Assembly (NCBI GenBank): GCA_000092065.1
Contig: CP000590.1
Length of the DNA: 64,000 bases
Reading direction: 5' to 3' (one strand)
From: Ostreococcus lucimarinus
Lineage: Eukaryota
Shown: positions 33,456 through 43,701 of the stretch, piece by piece
Layout of the letters: the number at the start of each line of letters is the position of its first letter
Position numbering within the stretch: the stretch's first letter is position 1
The notes under the pieces: model-generated
Database searches by the model: none
Told to the model about the DNA's origin: nothing
Seen by the model: the letters and a program-made list of their open reading frames with translations, nothing else
Translations under genes and position numbers: made by a program

Positions 33456-35078
33456 CTAAAAACATTTTTCGAGCTCGTCGTCGCCTATTTCGTCAAACGT
33501 TGGGGCGGCAAGCTCTTTGTCGTCTATCTCGTCAAAAGTCGGGGGCTTGTACAGCAACTTCAACAGTTCATGCGACTCATCCAATACATCTTTACTCAAT
33601 TTGTGCCACGCACCTCGGATACCACGGCAGTCGGGATCGTGGCATCTCTGATAGTACGCGTCCTCGCGGAAATCGATGACGAACATCACATTGTTGCTCT
33701 TGTGCGCTCGTTCGATGTTTTCGCAAAACCGATTCCCAAACAGATTGAGGATTAACACACCATACTCTGGAAACGCCTTCCACGAGCGCACGGCCGCACC
33801 GCCGTGACCGCTCCAGCGATCAAAGTCTTTGCAAACGAACGAAGCCGTGCGAGGACAAGGTCCGATTGCGTTGCCGTTGAACTCAGACGCGGTGCGCGCT
33901 AGGTGAGACCCGGTTCGATATCCTTGGAATGCTTGTCCGCGCAATACCGAAGTATGCGTGACGCCTTCGAATCGAATCACTTTGGCTTCCAAAATCAAAC
34001 ACGTCGCTGACACCAGCGATCGTTTGAAAGTTTCAAAACTTACTTCAGATTTACTCTTCCAAAATCGTCCGGTAGTCTTCAGAATCGGTTTATTCGTCTC
34101 TTCGCTGTGCTTGTTCGACAAGTAGAGGCGAAACACTCGATTTCGGGTGTACACACCAAGATCGATGAACGGCTCGGTCTTTTCGACGTCGTCTCTCTCT
34201 TTGCGTAAGAACATCGCGTCGCATCGGTCGTCCTCGCCGCGCCGCGACTCTACGGTGTGCCAAAGTTTTCTGACAAAGTGCGCACAATGCGAATTGTCGG
34301 CAAAGACTTGATCATCAGGAAGTTGTATGATCAAGTGACGACTGAACTTGGTCTCGCTTTCGCTATCGAGCTCGACGATGTGCTCCAGCTCATCAAACTT
34401 GGACGTGTCTATCTCCGGCGTCGCCTTCAGCTCCTCTACGATGAGCTGAACCAACCAATCCATCATTCGCACGCCGTCGACGTCTGGGTTTGAAACCTTG
34501 GAAAACTCAACGTCAAAGTACAAATGACAATGGGTATCTTCTCGCATGAGTTCGTAATAGTGGCGCTCCTTCAGACTTTCGTAATATTTCCAAAACGTGC
34601 GCAAGTCTTTCGGGCCGAGCATTCGAACCCCGACGTATTGTCGAAGCCCGCCTTTCTCTTCTAATTGGCGGCAAAAGTACATGTAGGGCTCTTGCACATC
34701 TTCCGAAAGTCTCCTTTGATCCACAGCTTCGAACAATTCTTGCTGCCTGTAACTTTTGATCCAGAATCGGTCTGGTTGCTTGCTCTCTCTTTCGTCCTCT
34801 TCTCGCACGACTCGCTTGCGCCTTTTCCTCGTGTCTTCCTCCTCTTTCTTTCGTTTCGTGTCTTCTCCGTCGTAGAAACTGCTGGGATCATACGGTCTTA
34901 TCGCGTCGAAATCTATGGATGTACGCGCTTTCGTGTTCTCGTCCTTCTTCGGAGGCGAAAGCCGTGGATCGTATATTTCTCGCATCTGCCGTCGTTCGTA
35001 AACCGTTGCGTCGCGGTCAGTCGCCGTCGCGTGTGAAATCGCACGAGTATGTAGACCAATTATGGCTCGATACGCCAT
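33456..35078 (-). CDS. PRIMPOL: Primase-polymerase PrimPol (archaeo-eukaryotic primase superfamily) with C-terminal UL52-type zinc finger
   Basis: AEP motif I HLYFDVEF (DxE), motif II KFSRHLII (SxH), motif III TRNRVFRLYLSNK, C-terminal CHDPDCRGI zinc finger. Confidence 0.75.
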   Translation of the reverse strand: MAYRAIIGLHTRAISHATATDRDATVYERRQMREIYDPRLSPPKKDENTKARTSIDFDAIRPYDPSSFYDGEDTKRKKEEEDTRKRRKRVVREEDERESKQPDRFWIKSYRQQELFEAVDQRRLSEDVQEPYMYFCRQLEEKGGLRQYVGVRMLGPKDLRTFWKYYESLKERHYYELMREDTHCHLYFDVEFSKVSNPDVDGVRMMDWLVQLIVEELKATPEIDTSKFDELEHIVELDSESETKFSRHLIIQLPDDQVFADNSHCAHFVRKLWHTVESRRGEDDRCDAMFLRKERDDVEKTEPFIDLGVYTRNRVFRLYLSNKHSEETNKPILKTTGRFWKSKSEVSFETFKRSLVSATCLILEAKVIRFEGVTHTSVLRGQAFQGYRTGSHLARTASEFNGNAIGPCPRTASFVCKDFDRWSGHGGAAVRSWKAFPEYGVLILNLFGNRFCENIERAHKSNNVMFVIDFREDAYYQRCHDPDCRGIRGAWHKLSKDVLDESHELLKLLYKPPTFDEIDDKELAAPTFDEIGDDELEKCF

Positions 35079-36045
35079 ATTTGTAGGCGTATCAAGATGG
35101 AAGGATGGCCATTGAATTTACCGAACGTAAATTATTCTCCCAAAGACGTGTGCGATGGGAAAGACTCAACAGTTCGGAGAGCGAGAAAAACCGCGCAAAG
35201 ATCAGATTTTCCTCGGATTACGGTTCATAATCACAGCAAAACTCAGCTGACACGCATGAATGATTGTTGTGCATTGTTCATCATCGGAATCTCTCTCTCT
35301 CGCGCGTCGCATTCAAGAAAAACCGTCCACCGGTGAGCCGGAAAACGCCGTCGACGCGTCAGACAAGGCTGAATGTTAATCCACAGGAGTGTTCAGACAC
35401 AAACGTATACGTCGTATGGTATATCGTCATCAGCCGCGTCGACATCACGTTCTCCGATCGCCTCACCGCCGCCTCCCTCGCGCGCGTTCCCGGTGTCCTC
35501 CCCGTCGTCGCGTTCCGAAACGGCTCAGTCTTATGCATAATGAGTTCATCGAACAATGGCCACAAAGTCTCGTACAAGAGGTGTCAGAATGTGGTGATCA
35601 TCATCGCCGTTTCGCAATCGCACGCCGTGGTCGCATTTCCTCGCGCGTCGCCCCCTCGCGCGTCCCGAGCGACCGTCCAGACGCCGCGCGAACGATCATT
35701 CACCGATGCAAACCCATCGCCCGCGCGCATCTTCACCGCGCTCGCGCTCTCGTTCGCGCGCGTTCGAGCCATCGCGCGCGCGCCTTCGCACGCACCGTTA
35801 TCGCGCGCACCGCATGGTCGCGTCGTCGTCGCGACGCGCGTCGACGCGCGTCGGAGTGGCGGTCTTCAGTCGCGGCGGCGGCACATCGCGACGACTCGAC
35901 GCGACGCGACGCGACGCGACGCGCACGACCCGCGGGACGACCGCGCGCGACCGCTCGAGATCGAGCGCGCGACGTCCGTCACCAGTCCTCACCGTCGCGA
36001 GCGCGTCGAACGCGAGCGAACGCGCGAGGCGCGAGTGGCGGCGGC

Positions 36046-37746
36046 ATGGGTGGCGGCGGCGAAGCGAAAAAGGCGAAAAAGGAAAAGCGCGCGAAGCGCG
36101 ACGGCGACGACGGCGAAAGGAAGAAGAAGGCGAAGAAGAGTAAAAAGACCGACGCGGGAGCGGGCGATGCGGACGATTCGAGCGGGCGCGAAACGCGCGA
36201 GGAGGAGGCGGTGGAGAGAATCGAAGCGCCGGTGGATGGAATACTGAGCGAGACGACGTTCGAGTCGCTCGAGTTGAGCGCGCCGACGATGAAAGGGATC
36301 GAACAGATGGGATTTAAGACGATGACCGAGGTACAAGCGCGGTGTGTGCCGCCGTTGCTGGCCGGGAAGGATGTGTTGGGGGCGGCGCGGACGGGGAGCG
36401 GAAAGACGCTGGCGTTTTTGGTGCCGAGCGTGGAGTTGTTGTACCACGCAAAGTTCATGCCGAGAAATGGGACGGGAGTGATGGTGCTGTCGCCCACGCG
36501 TGAATTGGCGCTGCAGATTTACAACGTCGCGCAACAGCTGATGGAGAAGCACTCGCAGACGCACGGATTAATCATCGGAGGCGCGAATCGACGCGCCGAA
36601 GCCGAACGCTTGATCAAGGGCGTCAACTTGCTCGTCGCCACGCCTGGACGGTTGCTGGATCACATGCAGAACACTCGTGGATTCACGTTTAGCTCGCTCA
36701 AGGTGTTTGTCATGGACGAAGCCGATCGCATGCTCGATATCGGGTTCGAGGAGGAGATGCGAACCATCGTGAAAATGTTGCCAAAGGAGCGGCAGACGAT
36801 GCTGTTTAGCGCGACGCAAACCACAAAGGTTGAAGATTTGGCGCGCTTGTCGTTGAAGAGTCCGATTTACATCGGCGTTGACGACTCGCGCGCGGTGTCC
36901 ACCGCCACGGGCGTCGAGCAAGGGTACTGCGTCGTCCCGAGCGAGCAAAGGTTTTTGCTCTTGTTTACGTTTTTGAAGAAGAACTTGAAGAAGAAAATTA
37001 TGGTTTTCTTTTCGTCGTGTAACTCGGTCAAGTATCACGCCGAATTGTTGAATTATATCGACATTCCCGTGAGCGACATTCACGGCAAGCAAAAGCAACA
37101 GCGAAGAACGACGACGTTCTTTGAGTTTTGCAAAGCCGACCGCGGCGTTTTGTTGTGCACCGACGTCGCGGCGAGAGGCTTGGACATCCCCGCGGTGGAT
37201 TGGATCATTCAGTACGATCCTCCAGACGACCCAAAGGAGTACATTCATCGCGTCGGGCGCACGGCGCGAGGGACGGACGGAAAAGGACGCGCATTGCTCT
37301 TCTTGATTCCAGAAGAGTTGTCGTTTTTAAAGTATCTCAAGTCGGCGAAGGTGCCGCTCAACGAGTACGAGTTCCCGACGAAAAAAATCGCCAACGTGCA
37401 GAGTCAGTTGGAGAAACTGGTGGAGAAAAATTATTACTTGCACACCAGCGCGCGCGACGCCTATCGAGCGTACATTCTGGCCTACAACTCGCACACGCTC
37501 AAGGATGTGTACAACGTGCACGCGCTCGACCTCAACGCCGTGGCGAGCTCGTTCGGTTTCCACAAACCTCCCAAGGTCCAACTCAACCTGGACTCCAAGG
37601 CGAGCAAAGGGCGCACGAAATCACGAGGCGACGGCGGTCCGGGAAGCGATTACCGTCGCCAGAAAGGCACCGGTCACAATTTTAGCGCGGAAAATCCATA
37701 CGGTAAAAAGGATTCGAGCGATTCGCGTCAATTCGTACGCATGTAG
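36046..37746 (+). CDS. HAS1: ATP-dependent DEAD-box RNA helicase HAS1/DDX18 (nucleolar ribosome biogenesis)
   Basis: Near-identity to HAS1 core: [53 protein letters not shown]...PTRELALQ...[16 protein letters not shown]...[18 protein letters not shown]...HRVGRTARG. First ATG at 36046 ([12 protein letters not shown]...). Confidence 0.88.
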   Translation: MGGGGEAKKAKKEKRAKRDGDDGERKKKAKKSKKTDAGAGDADDSSGRETREEEAVERIEAPVDGILSETTFESLELSAPTMKGIEQMGFKTMTEVQARCVPPLLAGKDVLGAARTGSGKTLAFLVPSVELLYHAKFMPRNGTGVMVLSPTRELALQIYNVAQQLMEKHSQTHGLIIGGANRRAEAERLIKGVNLLVATPGRLLDHMQNTRGFTFSSLKVFVMDEADRMLDIGFEEEMRTIVKMLPKERQTMLFSATQTTKVEDLARLSLKSPIYIGVDDSRAVSTATGVEQGYCVVPSEQRFLLLFTFLKKNLKKKIMVFFSSCNSVKYHAELLNYIDIPVSDIHGKQKQQRRTTTFFEFCKADRGVLLCTDVAARGLDIPAVDWIIQYDPPDDPKEYIHRVGRTARGTDGKGRALLFLIPEELSFLKYLKSAKVPLNEYEFPTKKIANVQSQLEKLVEKNYYLHTSARDAYRAYILAYNSHTLKDVYNVHALDLNAVASSFGFHKPPKVQLNLDSKASKGRTKSRGDGGPGSDYRRQKGTGHNFSAENPYGKKDSSDSRQFVRM

Positions 37747-38241
37747 TAGCCCGCGTATCACTAGCGATCAAAGACACCAATCACTCAGTATTCATCACTC
37801 TCGTTTTACAAACTCACTTATCCATCGGTTCCAGCACGACGGGCGTCGCGCTCCCCTCTCGCGGCCACGCCTTCATGCGCGCCTTCGTCGCGTCTTCCCA
37901 CTCCTTCGTCATCGTCGACGGCAACGGATCGCCTGCTCGCGCGCGCGCGCGCCCATCGTCAGTCCCCACCCCCTCCCGCGCGCTCGCGTCGATCGACCCT
38001 CCGCGCGCGCTCGCGCGCGTCCGTTCGCCCGTTCGTAGGGTCGCGCCTCGACCCCCCTCGATCGCGCGCGCGCGCCCGTTCGCGTCGCCCTCGCCGCGTC
38101 GCGCACCTCCGAACACTTTCGCGACGTTCACGGCGTAATACGTCACCCCCGCCGCGCCGCACAGCGCCGCCGTGGCGCTCGCCACCTGCGCGATCGACGC
38201 GCTCGTCATGGCGCGGCGTCGCGGTGTGGCGTCGCGCGCGG

Positions 38242-38440
38242 CGTCGTGATCGACTCGTCACGTATTTAAGGACTCTTCTTGGGTCGCGAACGGTCGATCG
38301 TCGTCGCGGCGTCGTGCTCGAGTCGTCACGTATTTAAGGACTCTTCTTGGGTCGCGAACGGTCGATCGTCGTCGCGGCGTCGTGATCGAGTCGTCACGTA
38401 TTTAAGGACTCTTCTTGGGTCGCGAACGGTCGAATTCAAA
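38242..38440. repeat. Near-perfect tandem repeat, ~68-bp unit x 2.9, each unit containing CACGTATTTAAGG (TATA-like), 260 bp upstream of DNA2
   Basis: Unit GTCGTG(A/C)TCGA(C/G)TCGTCACGTATTTAAGGACTCTTCTTGGGTCGCGAACGGTCGATCGTCGTCGCGGC, repeated starting at 38242, 38310 and 38379. Only 2 substitutions between copies; copy 3 diverges at its 3' end. Confidence 0.85.
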
Positions 38441-38700
38441 GCCCGCGACGACAGACGCGGCGTCGCGCGGCGTCGCGGCGCATCGCGACGCGCGCGAGCG
38501 GACGCGCGCGAACGCGCGAGCGCGCGACGCGCGACGCGCGCGTCGTCGTCCCGACGCGTCGAGAGCGCGGCGCGAGCGACGACGCGCGACGACGACGCGA
38601 CGCGAGGGGCGACGACGGGACGACGAGACGAGACGAGACCACGACGACGCCGACGACGCCGACGACGACGCGCGAGCGCTCGACGAGGGAAGGGAGCGAA

Positions 38701-41700
38701 ATGAGCGGGAAGAAACGCGCGCGGGGCGGGCGGCGGGTGACGGTGGACGCGGAGGTGGAGACGTCGCAGCGGGAGCGGGTGACGTACGGGGCGCCGAGCG
38801 GGACGACGACGACGACGACGACGGCGACGGCGACGACGACGACGGAGGCGAATGGGAGCGCGCGGCACGGTGATAGCGCGGCGATGGAACGATTGTTCGC
38901 GTTAGGCGCGGGAACGGTCGCGGGGGGGGGCGAAAACGATGCTGATGATGGATTAGGGGTGTGGTTGAGCGAGAGCGAATTCGGCGGCGGCGGCGGCGGC
39001 GCGAGGGGGAAGTCGAACGCGGTGGGCGCGAACGGCGAGCGTGGGAGGCTTTCCGTGCCCGTGGCGCCGGCGTGGGAAGAATCATCGGCGGAGAAGTCAC
39101 CGGGGGGGCGGAGACGACGGGCGAGCCGCGATGGCGAGGAGCGAAGACGATCGGAGGATTTGTTTGAGGAATTGTTGACAAACGTCGAGCGCGGCGCGCC
39201 GGCGCGAGACTCCGCGCCGGCGACGATGGAAGTCGCGACGACGACGACGGCGTCCGCGGTGAATACACGCAAAGAAGGTGACCACACGCTTGCGCTGGCG
39301 TCGATGGATCCCGATTGGAACGACGAGGATGAGGATAGTCAGGCGCTCATCGACGCCGTGACGCTCGCGGAGAAGCGCGCCAAGATGGCAAAGTCGGCTT
39401 CTGCGACGACGACGCAAGCGAGTAACGCCGTGCCTTCGCTGAGCGATATAACCCTAGACGATGGCGATGACGACGACGACTTATTCGCCGCCGCGGTGGA
39501 TATGGCTGAAAAAGCGCGCGACAGTCGCGTTGAGTCCGGAACGCCGTCCACGGCGACTTCCCCTAGGAAATCGCCTAGGAAATCCGCCGCGGTCGCGGCT
39601 TGCGCGCGCACGCAATCGGCGACTGCGCGAGTTAAAATTGAAGATGGCTTTATGGAAGATTGCAAGGCGGAGTTGCAGAAAGCGTTGGAATTCGCGAGAG
39701 AAGAAGCGGAGGCAGAGACTGAAATTCTAGGCACCTGGTTCGTCGAAAGCGTCGCGTCGCCGCGGATTGGCTGCGTCGAATCCCTCGTCCTGACGAAGGC
39801 TAGCGGTGCAAAGAAGACTGTCGTGCTGAAGGGTTATTGGCGAGAAACCCTGGTTTCAGTGGGAGATTCTCTGATCTTGTACTGTTTGCCCGGCGTGGCG
39901 CGCAAAGAAGACGTCGCGAAGGATATTGTCGAAGTCACTGACGATGGAGGGGTGATGATTATTCTTTTCCCGGCGTACTTGATAAGTGCGACGACGATAG
40001 GGAATGGTATGGACTGCCCTCGACAATCAGTGTTGCAGCAACAACTGCAGACGACGTGGGGTGACGCGAACGAGGCGGCGACGATCGGTACTATTATGCA
40101 CGATCTCGTTGAGCACGCGCTCCTCGTCGGATCGAGCCGAGCACTCGTGCCGATGGCTTCCAAGGTGAAGAGCGTGATCGAAAGCAACGTGGACAATATA
40201 TTCGCCATCGATTCAACCGAAAAGAAGCTGCAGCAAAGAATAGATGCGACCATTCCAGGTGTGGAATCATGGGCTAACAAGCTCACGGCGGCGTCTCGTG
40301 TGCCAAAGCTTGGTCGCGCGAAGCCCGGCGGCAACGCCCAGGTGCGAATGAACAGAAAAGCTGCGCACGATAAGCTTCGAAGAAAGTGCACTGTGGGCGT
40401 CGAGGCAAGCTTGGATTACAATACGTCTGCAACGTTGCAAGTTGACGACATGATTGACATAGAAGAACTCATTTGGGCTCCAAAACTTGGATTAAAAGGC
40501 ATCTTGGACGGCGTCGCAAACGCCGTCATACGTCAATCGAAGGAAGATTTACCATTGCCGAGCGTCGTTCCGATCGAGTTGAAGACGGGTAAGTGGAAGT
40601 CTGTCGGTCACGACGCACAAGTCTTGTTTTATAATCTTATGATCGGCGAACGCTACGGCAAAGTGTCTCCTTTCGGCGTATTGCACTACACCACGGACGA
40701 TAATGACGACGAAGGCACGAGTAAAATTTTCACGAATAAGCCGGCTAACATCAGCGCTCTGATGCAGCGTCGGAATCACCTTGCGGCAATGTTAAGACCG
40801 ACGCCCGAAGAAGCGATGCAACACAACGCTCCAGTCCCGCACGGCAAGGCCCGTCTCGGGAACGGTAAGCTGCCGAAGATGCAGCCACAAAGCTGGTGTG
40901 AGCGTTGCTTCTCACAGCACGAGTGTTTCAGCTTGCATCGCGCGCTCGAGGGAGGAGACGGCGAAACAAGCGAGCTCGGCAATTTGTTCATCGGCGCCAC
41001 CTCGCATCTGAACCAGACTCACGAAACAGCAATCCGTCACTGGATTCATCTGATTGATTTGGAATCTTCCGAGTCTTTGCGCAAGCGTGCAACTCCGTGG
41101 CTTCCGGTTGAACTCGTCAATCGTCGCGCGAGCGACACGTACGCGATCGACGACCTCGCTTTTGTTCGTGAAAGCACGCAAGAGAAGTCTGCATTCGTCG
41201 GTGATAATCACTATTACATATTCAAACCCTCAAGTTCTGTCGCAGAAAGCGTTCTGAAGAGAGTTGGGATCGCCGATCGCGTCGTCTTGAGTCGCGACAA
41301 AGGCTTGACGGTGATTTCTCGCGCACAAATCATTCGCATCTCAAATGATTCTGGCGAGGTCGTCATCGAAATGGCTACAGAACGACCATTACGCCGGGAT
41401 ACCGCAAATAATGCGATGGCACCGTTACCGGGATCGTCCGAAGAGAGCGCGCTATGGAGAATCGATAAAGACGGGGCTTCTCTCACCATGGCCGCGAGGA
41501 CTCGTGGAAACGTTCTCGCGTTGTTTACCCAAACAGAACGCGCCGCTATCATTCGTCGACGCATCATCGATTTGGAGCGACCCAAGTTCGCTCCAATTGG
41601 TGACCATAAGAGGAAAATCGAAGTCGCACTCAAAGATCTCGGCTTCCCTTTGAACGACGAGCAGCTTTTGGCAGTCGAAAAGATCGTTACGGCTGAAGAT

Positions 41701-42948
41701 TACGTCCTCGTGCAGGGCTTTCCGGGTGCCGGCAAAACAGCCATGCTCGTCGCCGCCGTGAAAGCTCTTCGAGCGCAAGGAAAATCGGTGTTGATCACGT
41801 CCCACACGCACAGCGCCATCGATAACGTCTTCTCTAGGCTTCCAGGAGTTGGAGTTCACGAGTTTATGCGCATCGGCGACGAAGTGAAAGTCGTCGACGC
41901 CGTGCAAGAATACAGGCTTGGATCAAAGCGATGGCCGTGCTCGAATTCGGATGACTTGCGTAAGGTATCAGAGCGCGCTATGGTCGTCGGTGCAACGTGC
42001 CACGCCATGGGTCACGCGTATTTCCAGCGTAAAATGTTTGACGTTGTTCTCATCGATGAGTCGGGGCAGATTACGCTTCCGAGCATTCTCCCTCCGCTCT
42101 TTGCGGCAAAGACGTTCGTGCTCGTCGGCGATCACCATCAGCTCCCGCCGCTCGTGAAGTCAAAACAGGCAATTGCCGGTGGACTTGGTCGATCTCTTCT
42201 TGCCATGCTGTGTGACGCACATCCAGACATGGTGACGAAATTGTCTTCGCAGTACCGCATGGCAGAGCCGCTGACTCGATTACCAAACATTTTGACGTAC
42301 GACGGAAAGTTGCGCTGTGGTACGGAGTCGGTCGCGAAACAGTTACTTTCGCTCGCGCCTCTCAAAGATGCTTTCTCCTGCGCTCCGCAGTGGTTAGCGC
42401 ACGTCATGAATCCCGCGAATCACACCGTTTTCTTGGATACGAGCGCGCTCGGCGCCGCGGCGCGCGAAACGCCTAAGCCGTATATTAATGAGGCAGAGAT
42501 GGACTTGGTGCTGACGACAGTCAGTGCGCTCACAACTCACGGCGCCACGAGTGTGTGCGCATTATCACCATTTAACGCCCAGGTCGACGCCATCAAAGCT
42601 CGCTTGAACGGATTCAAAGCGCTCAGCGGCGACGACGCGCCTCGAGCGCTCACAATTGACAAAGCGCAAGGCCAGGATATGGACGCGGTGTGCATCTCCT
42701 TCGTCTGTTCGAACGATGAAGCCAAGGTGAACGTTTTGCTGAATGACACCAGTCGCTTTAACGTTGCGATCACGCGTGCAAAGAAAAAGCTGATCCTCAT
42801 CGGTAACGCCGAAACGTTGCGATCCTCTCCGGTGCTCGCGCGAGCGCTCGAATTTTATCGCGCCGAGGGGTGGATCGTGCCGCTCACCATCGAAGCGCTG
42901 GATTTCACGAACTTCGTCCTCGGGACGTTCGAACCGAGCGTTCTCTAG
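38701..42948 (+). CDS. DNA2: DNA replication helicase/nuclease DNA2 (PD-(D/E)XK nuclease with Fe-S cysteines + SF1B helicase)
   Basis: Nuclease region with conserved Cys (CPRQSVLQQ...C..C) and the IELKTGKW motif. Helicase: GFPGAGKT (Walker A), VLIDESGQI, VLVGDHHQLPPLV, TIDKAQGQDMDAVCISFV, NVAITRAKKKLILIGN. Disordered N-terminus. Confidence 0.85.
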   Translation: MSGKKRARGGRRVTVDAEVETSQRERVTYGAPSGTTTTTTTATATTTTEANGSARHGDSAAMERLFALGAGTVAGGGENDADDGLGVWLSESEFGGGGGGARGKSNAVGANGERGRLSVPVAPAWEESSAEKSPGGRRRRASRDGEERRRSEDLFEELLTNVERGAPARDSAPATMEVATTTTASAVNTRKEGDHTLALASMDPDWNDEDEDSQALIDAVTLAEKRAKMAKSASATTTQASNAVPSLSDITLDDGDDDDDLFAAAVDMAEKARDSRVESGTPSTATSPRKSPRKSAAVAACARTQSATARVKIEDGFMEDCKAELQKALEFAREEAEAETEILGTWFVESVASPRIGCVESLVLTKASGAKKTVVLKGYWRETLVSVGDSLILYCLPGVARKEDVAKDIVEVTDDGGVMIILFPAYLISATTIGNGMDCPRQSVLQQQLQTTWGDANEAATIGTIMHDLVEHALLVGSSRALVPMASKVKSVIESNVDNIFAIDSTEKKLQQRIDATIPGVESWANKLTAASRVPKLGRAKPGGNAQVRMNRKAAHDKLRRKCTVGVEASLDYNTSATLQVDDMIDIEELIWAPKLGLKGILDGVANAVIRQSKEDLPLPSVVPIELKTGKWKSVGHDAQVLFYNLMIGERYGKVSPFGVLHYTTDDNDDEGTSKIFTNKPANISALMQRRNHLAAMLRPTPEEAMQHNAPVPHGKARLGNGKLPKMQPQSWCERCFSQHECFSLHRALEGGDGETSELGNLFIGATSHLNQTHETAIRHWIHLIDLESSESLRKRATPWLPVELVNRRASDTYAIDDLAFVRESTQEKSAFVGDNHYYIFKPSSSVAESVLKRVGIADRVVLSRDKGLTVISRAQIIRISNDSGEVVIEMATERPLRRDTANNAMAPLPGSSEESALWRIDKDGASLTMAARTRGNVLALFTQTERAAIIRRRIIDLERPKFAPIGDHKRKIEVALKDLGFPLNDEQLLAVEKIVTAEDYVLVQGFPGAGKTAMLVAAVKALRAQGKSVLITSHTHSAIDNVFSRLPGVGVHEFMRIGDEVKVVDAVQEYRLGSKRWPCSNSDDLRKVSERAMVVGATCHAMGHAYFQRKMFDVVLIDESGQITLPSILPPLFAAKTFVLVGDHHQLPPLVKSKQAIAGGLGRSLLAMLCDAHPDMVTKLSSQYRMAEPLTRLPNILTYDGKLRCGTESVAKQLLSLAPLKDAFSCAPQWLAHVMNPANHTVFLDTSALGAAARETPKPYINEAEMDLVLTTVSALTTHGATSVCALSPFNAQVDAIKARLNGFKALSGDDAPRALTIDKAQGQDMDAVCISFVCSNDEAKVNVLLNDTSRFNVAITRAKKKLILIGNAETLRSSPVLARALEFYRAEGWIVPLTIEALDFTNFVLGTFEPSVL

Positions 42949-43016
42949 CTTATTGACTACTATAGATCTAAAAATTATCTGTTGTACACACTACTCCTAC
43001 GTCTTCGAGCGAGGAC

Positions 43017-43541
43017 TCAGAACAGCAACTCGTCCAAAGTCTCTGTAATCGTGCACGCCCCCGGCTCGTACCGCGCAAACTCAAACGCGCTTCCATCATC
43101 CGCTAACGCCTCGATCGCTTCCAGCAACCCCTCAGGCACGCACCACCGCAAGCACTTCCTTTCCCCGAGCTCCTCCGCGAGCTCGCGTTGATGATTATCC
43201 ATCAGCGTCTCGTTCACCACGACCAACAGCGGCCGTCTCGCGCGCAGCGTCTCGAACACCGACCCAGCTCCCGCGTGCGAGATCACCAGCGCCGCCCGCG
43301 CGATCTCACGATCGATGCTCGGTAAGTAGTCGACTATTTCGACGTCGAACGCGCGCGCGTTCGCGATGCGTCGAGGACGGTAGGCGCCGCGTCCGATTTG
43401 CATCGTTAATCCAGTAAAGCCTTTACGAACGAGCGCGTCGACGATTCGAGGGTCGTCCATCGCGCGCGCGAGGGCGTCGAACGACGTCGTGCCGACGGTG
43501 ACGAACACGCGACGCGACGGGGGTTTGGCGCGAGGGGGCAT
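43017..43541 (-). CDS. ALG13: UDP-GlcNAc transferase subunit ALG13 (GT28 C-terminal domain)
   Basis: VFVTVGTTSFDAL...VISHAGAGSVFETLRARRPLLVVVNETLMDNHQRELAEEL matches ALG13/MurG C-domain. Confidence 0.7.
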   Translation of the reverse strand: MPPRAKPPSRRVFVTVGTTSFDALARAMDDPRIVDALVRKGFTGLTMQIGRGAYRPRRIANARAFDVEIVDYLPSIDREIARAALVISHAGAGSVFETLRARRPLLVVVNETLMDNHQRELAEELGERKCLRWCVPEGLLEAIEALADDGSAFEFARYEPGACTITETLDELLF

Positions 43542-43701
43542 GTCGCGCGCGGCGGCGCGGCGCGCTTCTGGCTGTGCGGTCGGTTACAACGTAACCGAAC
43601 GTTTCGTCGTGACGGCGCCGCGTCAAATAATGTGTCTAATAGCGTGTCAAATAGCGTACCAAACAAGGAATCATCATCCATGCCGAGCGCGCGGGCGTGG
43701 A

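Noticed and set aside
38242-38440. Tandem repeat considered as a possible CRISPR array
   Set aside because: The units are contiguous with no unique spacers. The context is eukaryotic, with introns, transit peptides and poly(A) signals. No cas genes.
38326-39287. Several 150-290-aa minus-strand ORFs upstream of and inside the DNA2 5' end
   Set aside because: They are Arg/Pro/Ser low complexity and overlap the tandem repeat and the DNA2 N-terminus in antisense. No coding signature.
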